Below are positions 1 through 8,200 of a DNA stretch of 17,666 bases, in pieces. The stretch's first letter is position 1. Every line of letters begins with the position of its first letter. Origin of the DNA: Leptospirales bacterium (GTDB taxonomy: Bacteria > Spirochaetota > Leptospiria > Turneriellales > JAOUFE01); contig JBEQLE010000082.1 of the NCBI GenBank assembly GCA_040326155.1, positions 1 to 17,666 of the forward strand, read 5' to 3'. The notes beneath the pieces were generated by a model. The model was not told where the DNA came from, made no database searches, and saw only the letters and a program-made list of their open reading frames with translations. Position numbers and translations under genes: made by a program.

Positions 1-1586
1 ATATTCCTGCCGATGCCACAGGCGATATGTTTGGTCAGATTTATGAATATTTTCTGGGTAAATTTGCCATGGCCGAAGGCCAGGGCGGTGGTGAGTTTTT
101 CACCCCTCGCAGTGTAGTTCGTTTGATGGTCGAAATCATTGAACCCCATGAGGGAACGGTTTTTGATCCGGCCTGCGGTTCGGGAGGTATGTTCGTACAG
201 TCGGCCCAGTTCGTCGAAAAAAGAAACGCCTCTTTAAATAAGGGCAATCCCGATCTTTTTGTCTACGGGCAAGAAAAAACTCTCGAAACGGTGAAGCTCG
301 CCAGAATGAATATTTTTGTCAATGGCCTTCGGGGTAAAATTGAACAGGCCAACACCTATTACGAAGACCCCTATAAAAGTTTTGAACAATTTGACTATGT
401 ACTGGCAAACCCGCCTTTTAATGTCAATGATGTCAACCTGGGAAAGGTCGAGTCGGACAAACGATTTAATACATATGGAATACCCCGAAACAAAACAAAG
501 ACCAAAACAAAAGGCGAAGAGGTCTGCCCCAATGGCAACTACCTCTGGATCAACCTCTTTGCAACATCCTTGAAAAAGAGTGGGAGAGCCGGGTTAGTCA
601 TGGCAAACTCTGCCAGTGACGCCCGCCACAGCGAAGCCGATATTCGACAGAACTTAATCGAAAGTAACCTGATCTATGCCATGATCACTTTGCCATCGAA
701 CATGTTTTATACGGTCACCCTGCCGGCGACCCTCTGGTTTTTTGACAAAGCCAAAAAAGATCAACGCATCTTGTTTATAGATGCCAGAAATGTGTTTACC
801 CAGATCGATCGTGCCCATCGAGAGTTTACAGAAGAGCAGATACAAAATCTCGCGATCATCAGCCGATTACATAAAGGAATCCGACAAGATTTTATCGAGC
901 TCGTGCAAAGTTATTTTCAAAAGGGTTTTACAAGACTCACCGAACACACCGATTCATTAAAAGACGTAGCCAAACAAGTAACCGCTTTTTTAAAAACCTC
1001 GAAAACCAAAATACCTGACTTTGCCCCTGTCGTCGACAGCTCTAAAAACCTCTCTGCGCAATGGCAGAAGGTGGAAAAAGGTTTTTCGGTCAAAGAGATT
1101 AAAGAATCCAATAAGGCCCAGCATGGCTTGACTAAAAAAACGAAACCTTTCTTTGAAAAACTCCATGAACTTTTGAAAGTGGTAGATAAAGAAGTCCGCC
1201 ATCTTGAAAAAGAAAACAACAACTCAAAAAGTTCAGATACAAAAGAGATGAAAATCGCCCTCGAAGCCCTTCATAAAGAAGTCAAAGAATCCGAATACTA
1301 TTTTAAACATATCCACTGGCTGCAAGAACGATTTCCCGAAGCAAAATATGAAGACGTCACCGGTCTATGTAAACTGGCAACAATCGACGAAGTAAAAGAA
1401 CAAGAGTACTCTCTCAACCCCGGTCGTTATGTGGGAGTGGTCATCGAAGAAGACGGTAAAACCGAAGAAGAGTTCATAAACGAAATGGTCGACTTAAACG
1501 ACGAGCTCGAAGAACTCAACAAAGAAGCCCGAAGTCTTGAAAAAATTATCGGTAAAAATATCCGCCAGATTGCAGGTGACATTTAA
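1..1586 (+). CDS. hsdM: Type I RM methyltransferase subunit M (N6-adenine), 5'-truncated by the window edge
   Basis: The frame is open from base 3 (IPADATGD-MFGQIYEYFL), so ATG 27 is internal. Motifs: GEFFTP, SAM-binding motif I DPACGSGG, motif IV NPPF, C-terminal YSLNPGRYVG. Upstream of hsdS and hsdR. Confidence 0.96.
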   Translation, partial: IPADATGDMFGQIYEYFLGKFAMAEGQGGGEFFTPRSVVRLMVEIIEPHEGTVFDPACGSGGMFVQSAQFVEKRNASLNKGNPDLFVYGQEKTLETVKLARMNIFVNGLRGKIEQANTYYEDPYKSFEQFDYVLANPPFNVNDVNLGKVESDKRFNTYGIPRNKTKTKTKGEEVCPNGNYLWINLFATSLKKSGRAGLVMANSASDARHSEADIRQNLIESNLIYAMITLPSNMFYTVTLPATLWFFDKAKKDQRILFIDARNVFTQIDRAHREFTEEQIQNLAIISRLHKGIRQDFIELVQSYFQKGFTRLTEHTDSLKDVAKQVTAFLKTSKTKIPDFAPVVDSSKNLSAQWQKVEKGFSVKEIKESNKAQHGLTKKTKPFFEKLHELLKVVDKEVRHLEKENNNSKSSDTKEMKIALEALHKEVKESEYYFKHIHWLQERFPEAKYEDVTGLCKLATIDEVKEQEYSLNPGRYVGVVIEEDGKTEEEFINEMVDLNDELEELNKEARSLEKIIGKNIRQIAGDI

Positions 1587-1588
1587 AC

Positions 1589-1629
1589 CAAATTTACGGC
1601 AAATAAGATTGCAATTTGCCGTAAATTTG
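1589..1629. repeat. Perfect 16-bp inverted repeat with 9-nt spacer
   Basis: CAAATTTACGGCAAAT (1589-1604), spacer AAGATTGCA, ATTTGCCGTAAATTTG (1614-1629). Fills most of the hsdM-DUF4062 gap. Confidence 0.9.
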
Positions 1630-1642
1630 AAAATTTGACAAG

Positions 1643-2281
1643 ATGACTGATAAAAAAAAGTTAATCATTTTTATTTCTTCTACAGTCTATTGTAATGAGG
1701 AATTATTAAACCGTATATACGGACTTTTAATATCTTACAAATATGAAGTTTGGTGTTCACACAAAGGAACCATCCAAACAAGATCTGATAAATCAAATAT
1801 TGAAAATTGCTTAACTGCCGTAGAAAAGGCCGATATATTCTTAGGAATAATTTTCCCCAATTACGGCACTGGAAAGATCGACAGAGATCTTTCGTTTACC
1901 CATCAGGAATTCAATAGAGCAATCGAGTTAAATAAGCCCAGATGGATACTGGCTCATGAAAATGTCGTCTTTGCTCGAAGTTTATTGACTCATTTAGGTT
2001 ATAAAACAAAAAAAGATAGAATAAAATTGAAACTGGAAAAGAACAATATATTCACCGACTTACGATTAATCGATTTATATGAAGATGCCATCATTCATGA
2101 AAAAGAGTTAGCCATTCGTAAAGGCAACTGGGTGCAGAAATATAATACAACCGAAGACGGGTTGCTGTTTGCAAATGGTCAATTTTCTCGTTATCAGGAA
2201 GTTGAAAAATTTGTTGAGGAGAACTTATCAGATGAATCGGCCGTCAAAAGTGCTATACGTAAACCAGGTAAGAAACCATGA
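1643..2281 (+). CDS. DUF4062-domain protein (TIR/nucleoside deoxyribosyltransferase-like fold), 212 aa
   Basis: IFISSTV, CLTAVEKADIFLGIIFPNYG and SFTHQEFNRAIELNKP match the DUF4062 pattern (VFISST / CL..V..CDxFxG..G.RYG / S.T..E...A....KP). Stop overlaps the next start (ATGA, 2278-2281). Confidence 0.82.
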   Translation: MTDKKKLIIFISSTVYCNEELLNRIYGLLISYKYEVWCSHKGTIQTRSDKSNIENCLTAVEKADIFLGIIFPNYGTGKIDRDLSFTHQEFNRAIELNKPRWILAHENVVFARSLLTHLGYKTKKDRIKLKLEKNNIFTDLRLIDLYEDAIIHEKELAIRKGNWVQKYNTTEDGLLFANGQFSRYQEVEKFVEENLSDESAVKSAIRKPGKKP

Positions 2282-3795
2282 AAAATAAAAACTGGCAACG
2301 AACGCTTGAAATCAGCGAAAAAGAAAATATAGTATGCAAAGCAGATTTTGACTTTGAATTTGCGGGAAAAACAATTTGCTCTTTTTTAAATACCAGCGGT
2401 GGTTTTCTAGTCTTTGGTATAAGTGAAAACGGCGATATCGTCGGCTTAGAAAAAGAAAAAAACCTGCAAACCATCGAAACAGATATTTCCGGTAAGATAT
2501 CGCCAATAGCCCTGGTATCTTTTGAGACGCAGGAACACGAAGGTAAAACATTCCTTCGTGTCGAAGTGCCCGCAGGAAAAGACGTGCCCTATTCGTTTGA
2601 TCATGATATTTTTATTCGAAGCAGAAACCAACCACAAAAGGCAGATGTAGAGACTATTCGCGATATGATCATGCGAAGACAAGATGAACCCGAACGATGG
2701 GAAAGACGATTTTCAACGGCAGACATCGAGACCGATCTTGATTACGAAGAAATAAAGCGTGTCGCCGACTCTATACACAATGCCAAAAGATTTCAATTTC
2801 GCCAGTTAACAGAAATCGAGCTACTCGAAGATGTATCTGTTTTAAAGTACGGACGTCTAACCAATGCAGGCGATGTGTTGTTTGCAAAAAATCCGGGCCA
2901 ACGTTACCCCCAGACCAGGGTAAAAGCCGTTTGCTTTGCCACAGATAAAACCGGTAAAGAATACACAGACATGCAGGAAATAGAAGGGCCACTCCTTAAA
3001 ACTCTGGAAGAAACCTATAAATTTATACAGCGCAATACGGCCTTAAAAGTTACGTTCGATAAAAAAAATATGAAACGTGAAGATAAACCTACCTATCCAC
3101 CGAATGCGCTTCGCGAAGGACTCGTCAACGCCTTTGTTCACAGAGATTACGCCCATTTTTCGGGTAATGTAACGGTTTCCATTTATCCAGATCGGCTCGA
3201 AATTCTCAACTCCGGAGATTTCCCTAAAGGTGTCACCCCCCGAACAATGACAGAAGGGCATATTTCCATTTTACGAAATCCCGACATTGCCAACATAGTC
3301 TACCTCGCCGGAATGATGGAAAAACTCGGTAGAGGCGGTATGCTGATAACAAAAGCCTTTCAGGAGCAAAATTTGAAAGCGCCCCAATGGAAAAACGAGT
3401 CAGGTAGCGTCGTGCTAACTTTTTATGCCGCACAAGTCAAAGACACACAGTACGAATCCAGTACGAGTTCAGTACGAGAGCCAGTACCAGTCCAGTACGA
3501 GTCCAGTACCAGTGCAGTACCAGTGCAGTACGAGTCCAGTACCAGTCCAGTACCAGTTGAAAACGAGTCCCTGGAAAAAATAATATTAAAACTTTTGCAA
3601 AACAACGAACTATCCACTTCCATAATTTCTAAGTTAATAGGGCAATCCAGAGTTTCAGGTCAACTGAAAGTCGTTCTAAGAGAACTACTCGATACGGAAA
3701 TGGTTGAAATGACTATACCCGACAAACCCACTAGCAGCAAGCAAACATACCGACTTACCAGAAAGGGCAAAAAAGTCTCAGGCAAAAGCAAATGA
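2278..3795 (+). CDS. Schlafen/AlbA_2 + HATPase_c_4 ('RecG-like C-terminal') + winged-HTH protein, 505 aa
   Basis: N-terminal ICSFLNTSGGFLVFGISENGDIVG (AlbA_2). Central YPPNALREGLVNAFVHRDY, IYPDRLEILNSG, LRNPDIA, MEKLGRG (HATPase_c_4 family). C-terminal EMTIPDKPTSSKQTYRLT (wHTH of the kind also found at Fic protein C-termini). Confidence 0.88.
   Translation: MKNKNWQRTLEISEKENIVCKADFDFEFAGKTICSFLNTSGGFLVFGISENGDIVGLEKEKNLQTIETDISGKISPIALVSFETQEHEGKTFLRVEVPAGKDVPYSFDHDIFIRSRNQPQKADVETIRDMIMRRQDEPERWERRFSTADIETDLDYEEIKRVADSIHNAKRFQFRQLTEIELLEDVSVLKYGRLTNAGDVLFAKNPGQRYPQTRVKAVCFATDKTGKEYTDMQEIEGPLLKTLEETYKFIQRNTALKVTFDKKNMKREDKPTYPPNALREGLVNAFVHRDYAHFSGNVTVSIYPDRLEILNSGDFPKGVTPRTMTEGHISILRNPDIANIVYLAGMMEKLGRGGMLITKAFQEQNLKAPQWKNESGSVVLTFYAAQVKDTQYESSTSSVREPVPVQYESSTSAVPVQYESSTSPVPVENESLEKIILKLLQNNELSTSIISKLIGQSRVSGQLKVVLRELLDTEMVEMTIPDKPTSSKQTYRLTRKGKKVSGKSK
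3448..3569 (+). repeat. Intragenic tandem repeat, 11-bp unit CAGTAC(G/C)AGT(C/G/T)
   Basis: Ten units from 3448 to 3558: nine of 11 bp and one of 12 bp (CAGTACGAGAGC, 3470-3481). A degenerate 11th unit, GAAAACGAGTC, follows at 3559-3569. Translates as QYESSTSxVPV-like 11-aa repeats. Confidence 0.95.
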
Positions 3796-3816
3796 AGTAT
3801 TTTTTTAAAATTAAAA

Positions 3817-3930
3817 AGGGGGAAGTCTCCCCCCTGCCTGCAACCCAGGCGGGGCTTACCCCGCCCGGTTTTCCGGCACCCCCCACGATATTTCTGTGGG
3901 CCTCGCCCCCAGACCCCGTTTTCGGAGGTG
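3817..3930. repeat. GC-rich multi-hairpin (REP-like or IS-end-like) intergenic element, ending in the hsdS Shine-Dalgarno
   Basis: Stems: GGGGGA-agtc-TCCCCC (3818-3833), GCCTG-caacc-CAGGC (3836-3850), GGCGGGG-ctta-CCCCGCC (3848-3865), CCGG-tttt-CCGG (3865-3876), CCCAC..GTGGG (3882-3900), ACCCCG-tttt-CGG(A)GGT (3913-3929). SD GGAGGTG at 3924-3930. Confidence 0.75.
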
Positions 3931-3937
3931 GGTTGGT

Positions 3938-5212
3938 ATGAAGGGTTGGAAAATGGTAGATGTTTCTCAAATTGTAGAGGAAAATGAAGCTTCAATTCAA
4001 ACTGGTCCGTTTGGCACACAGTTAAAGGCAAGTGATTACCAGAGTGAAGGTTTTCCAGTCATCAATGTCAGAAATATAGGTTTGGGCCAAGAATTAAATG
4101 CAACCTTAGAACATATTGGCGATCATATGGCTGTAAAACTAAAGCAACATAAACTGCAATTTGGTGATATCGTTTTCAGCCGAAAAGGTGCAGTAGAAAG
4201 ACATCTACTGATAACAAAAAAGCAAAATGGTTACTACCAAGGCTCAGATTGTATTCGACTAAGAATAACTTCAAAGGACATAAATAAAAAGTTTTTATCA
4301 TATTTCTTTTTAACAGAAGGGCATAAGCAATGGATGGAAGCACAAGGTTCTTTTGGTGCAACAATGGGTTCATTAAATCAAGGTATAATAAAGCGAATAA
4401 AATTCCCACTACCACCTCTGCCCATCCAAAAGAAAATTGCGGGGGTGTTGTCGGGGTATGATGAGTTGATTGAAAATAACAACCGGCGTATAGCGATTCT
4501 CGAAAAGATGGCTGAAGAGATTTACCGTGAGTGGTTTGTGCGGGTGCGGTTTCCGGGGCATGAAAATACAAAGATCGTGAAAGGTGTACCTGAGGGTTGG
4601 GCGGTGAAAAGGGTAAAAGATATCGGTACTGTCGTAACAGGTAAAACGCCCTCAACTGCAGAACCTAAATACTATACCGGTAAATACTCATTTATTAAAA
4701 CGCCAGATATGCATGGTAATCTTTTTATATTGCAAACCGAAGAAACATTGTCTGAAGATGGCTTTAGATCACAACCAACGCAAATTCTGCCAGAAGGAAG
4801 TATCTGTGTTAGTTGCATTGGAACAGGTGGTATTGTTACTATTACGACAGAAAAATCTCAAACAAATCAACAAATCAATAGCGTTATTTCTAATAAGGAT
4901 TATTATCTGCCTTGGGCATTTTTTACTCTATGTAGTTTGAAAGAAACAATAAAAATGTTTGGTTCGACTGGTACGACAATGACAAATCTAAGTAAAAATA
5001 AATTTGCAAATTTAAAAATATTTTTCCCGTTAAATGAATTGTTAAAACAATTCCATGATGTAACTATACCACTGTTAGAAAAGCATAAAACCCTGCTTAA
5101 AGCAAACCAAAACCTCAAAAAGACCCGCGACGCACTCTTACCCCGCCTGATCTCGGGCAAGCTGGATGTCGAAAATCTCGACATAACCTTACCACCGGGT
5201 ATGCATTCATGA
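3938..5212 (+). CDS. hsdS: Type I RM specificity subunit S with two target recognition domains
   Basis: TRD1 (IQTGPFGTQL, GDIVFSRKG), central conserved block PPLPIQKKIAGVL..IENNNRRIAILEKMA..WFV..PEGW, TRD2 (TGKTPST, QTNQQIN), C-terminal RDALLPRLISG. Start moved from 3896 to ATG 3938, which has GGAGGTG 7 nt upstream. Confidence 0.95.
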   Translation: MKGWKMVDVSQIVEENEASIQTGPFGTQLKASDYQSEGFPVINVRNIGLGQELNATLEHIGDHMAVKLKQHKLQFGDIVFSRKGAVERHLLITKKQNGYYQGSDCIRLRITSKDINKKFLSYFFLTEGHKQWMEAQGSFGATMGSLNQGIIKRIKFPLPPLPIQKKIAGVLSGYDELIENNNRRIAILEKMAEEIYREWFVRVRFPGHENTKIVKGVPEGWAVKRVKDIGTVVTGKTPSTAEPKYYTGKYSFIKTPDMHGNLFILQTEETLSEDGFRSQPTQILPEGSICVSCIGTGGIVTITTEKSQTNQQINSVISNKDYYLPWAFFTLCSLKETIKMFGSTGTTMTNLSKNKFANLKIFFPLNELLKQFHDVTIPLLEKHKTLLKANQNLKKTRDALLPRLISGKLDVENLDITLPPGMHS

Positions 5213-5269
5213 CCAACACGCAAATCTTTAATAGACATCACATATGGGCCACTTAAAATGTAATTTGTT

Positions 5270-8200
5270 ATGCCAAATCTGATCAGTGAAGATGATATTG
5301 AAAAAGCGGCGATTGAAATTTTAACCAAGAAACTTGGCTATACATCAATTAACTGTTTTACGGGCGATGTCGAAAACCTAAACGATCGTTCGGGGCGGCA
5401 AAACAAAAAAGAAGTTGTGTTAACCCAGGTTCTCAAAAAAAAAGCGATTGCCTTAAACCCAGAGATTCCCCCAAAAGAAATTGAAGAGGCTATAGCAAAA
5501 CTCACGGCGCCGCGATTTGCGATGTCGCCGGTTCTGGCCAACAAAGAAATTTATCACTTTATTAAAAATGGCATTGCTGTTGAGTATGAAGATGAAAACA
5601 GTAAGGTTTGTCACGAACATGTCAAAATTATAGATTTTAACAACCCCGAGGCCAATCAATTTACTGCCATTACCCAACTCTGGATCAAAGGGGAAAGATA
5701 CCCCAGGCGACCCGACATCATTATTTATATCAACGGTCTGCCGCTGGTTTTTATCGAACTGAAAAACTCGAATCTGAAACTGCGAAATGCCTATGAAGAT
5801 AATCTCACCAATTACAAGAGCGATATACCTCAACTGTTTTTATACAATGCGTTTTGTATTTTATCGAATGCGATTGAAACCCGAGTGGGTTCTTTCAACG
5901 CTGGCTATCAGCATTTTTTCAACTGGCTGCGGGTCGATGACGAAAAAGAAAAAATAAATCGCAAGCAAATAGAAAGCGAGGGCACGACTTTAGAGAGAAC
6001 GATCTATGGGCTTCTCGAAAAAAAGAAACTGCTCGATTATATAGAGAACTTTATTTTGTATCATAACGATGCAGAAAAAATTATCGCACAGAATCATCAG
6101 TTTATTGGTGTCAACAAAGCGGTTACCTCTTTTTCAGAGCGTGATCAAAAAGACGGTAAGCTCGGGGTGTTTTGGCATACCCAGGGTTCGGGCAAAAGCT
6201 TTTCAATGATTTTTCTTTCGCGCAAAGTGTTTCGTAAATTTACCGGTAACTATACGTTTGTCATCGTTACCGACCGCGATGATTTAGACGGTCAGATCTA
6301 CCGTAATTTTTTAACCACTGAAACTATAAAAAAGAATGAGGCTGCCCAGCCGAAAAACAGCGAACAGATGCGAGAATACTTAGGTCGCAATCTTCGGTTT
6401 GTCTTTACCCTGATTCAAAAATTTAGGTACGACAAGGGAAAAGAATACCCAGTACTATCAGAGAGATCTGACATCATTGTCATTGTCGATGAAGCCCACC
6501 GAAGTCAATACAAAGGGCTGGGTGAAAATATGCGCAAGGGTCTGCCCAATGCCCAGTACTTTGCCTTTACCGGAACACCGTTGTTGGCCAGTCGCCTTGA
6601 CCGTGACGGTAAAACACGGGGCTGGTTTGGCGAGTATGTCAGTGAGTATAACTTTTCACAATCAATCGACGATGGCGCGACCGTGCCTTTGTTTTATGAA
6701 AACAGGGTGCCTGAAGTGTGTAATCAAAATGAAAACCTGAGCGATGAGTTTTATGAAATTCTCGAAGATGAAAATCTCAATGAAAACCAACAGGCGAAAC
6801 TCGAACGAAATTTTTCAAAAGAAATAGAGGTGATCAAACGCGACGACAGGCTTGAAAAGATTGCCCACGACATTGTGTATCATTTTCCTCGCCGGGGCTA
6901 CCTTGGTAAAGGCATGGTTGTCTCGGTTGATAAATACACCGCATTAAAAATGTACGAGAAAGTAAAACGCATCTGGAAAGAAGAAATTCGAACTCTCGTT
7001 GGCAAAATATCTCAGACAAAAAATGAATTTGAAAAAGAAAGACTCAAGGCCACTCGAAAGTATATGGAGAGTGTCGAGATGGCGGTGGTCGTCAGTGAAG
7101 ACGCCGGAGAAAAAGAGCGTCTGATGAAGATGGGTATCGATGAAGATCTTATTGATGAGTTTCGGGCTATTTTAAGCAAGACTGACGAACACGGTCATGA
7201 TGTGGAATACCGATTTAAGCAACCGGAAGATCCAATGCAGTTAGTATTTGTCTGCGCCATGTGGTTAACCGGTTTTGACGCCCCGACGGTATCGACTTTG
7301 TACATCGATAAACCCATGAAAGATCATACTTTGATGCAGACCATTGCCCGAGCCAATCGGGTCAGTGGTTACTCGGTCAACGGGGTCGTTAAAAACAATG
7401 GCGAAATTATGGACTACTACAATGTGTTTCGCAACATGAAAAAAGCCCTGAAAGATTATGCCATCGGCTCAGATGATTCCGATGACTTGACGGATGATGA
7501 AGGTGATAATGACCCTGTCATGAAAAAGTCGGTACTCTTTACACTGCTCGATTCGGCGATTCAAGAAGGAATTGCTTTTTGCAAAACGCAAGGTATCGAT
7601 CTTGAAAAAGTATTGGAACAAAAAGAAGCTTTTAAGAAGATTCACCAGTTAAAAGATTTTGCAAATCAATTATTAAAAACTGACCAGACCAAAAAACAGT
7701 TCTTTGTCTACGAGAACACGGTATCATCTTTATACGAGGCTTGCAAGCCTGAAATTTTATCTGAACAGTTTCGACCGATGGTTCCTGTGTTTCAATATCT
7801 ACGGGGAATTATTGACTCGATTGTTGATCAGACTGATATTGATTCTGTAGTAGAACGCATCACGGCTCTTTTAGACCAAAGTGTCGTCACATTAGATAAT
7901 GTAAACGAGGTAAGAGAACCCGGCGCTGTTTATCATATTCAAAAAAAAGGCAAGGTCTGGGATCTCAGCAAAATCGACTTTGAAAAGTTAAAAGAAGAGT
8001 TCAAGCAAGTTGAGTTTAAAAATATTGAAATCGCTTCTTTGCGAGCTTTTCTCGAAGACAAACTTGAAAAAATGTTGAGAGACAATATCACCCGTACCGA
8101 TTTTGCCCAGAAATTACAACAAATTATTGATACCTACAATGCGGGGGGTGGTGCCAACGAAAACTTCTTTGAGGAACTTCTCGATTTTGCAGAGAATCTA

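Noticed and set aside
27..29. ATG 27 as the hsdM start
   Set aside because: The frame is open to the window edge and the HsdM N-terminal domain is missing, so the gene starts upstream.
1635..1640. TTGACA just before the DUF4062 ATG
   Set aside because: It is too close to the start codon to be that gene's -35, and no good -10 follows.
3448..3569. Tandem repeat as a CRISPR array
   Set aside because: The units are 11 bp, contiguous, have no spacers and lie inside a CDS. No cas genes are present.
3896..3937. GTG 3896 start for hsdS
   Set aside because: The extension lies in the hairpin element, and ATG 3938 has a strong SD at good spacing.
5435..5443. A9 tract early in hsdR as a phase-variation site
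   Set aside because: It encodes Lys codons in an AT-rich genome with many A-runs and is in frame. Not distinctive without read data.
7910..7933. VREPGAVY in HsdR resembling VREPVPVQY in the AlbA_2 linker
   Set aside because: The match is short and the second instance arises from the DNA repeat, so no functional claim can be supported.
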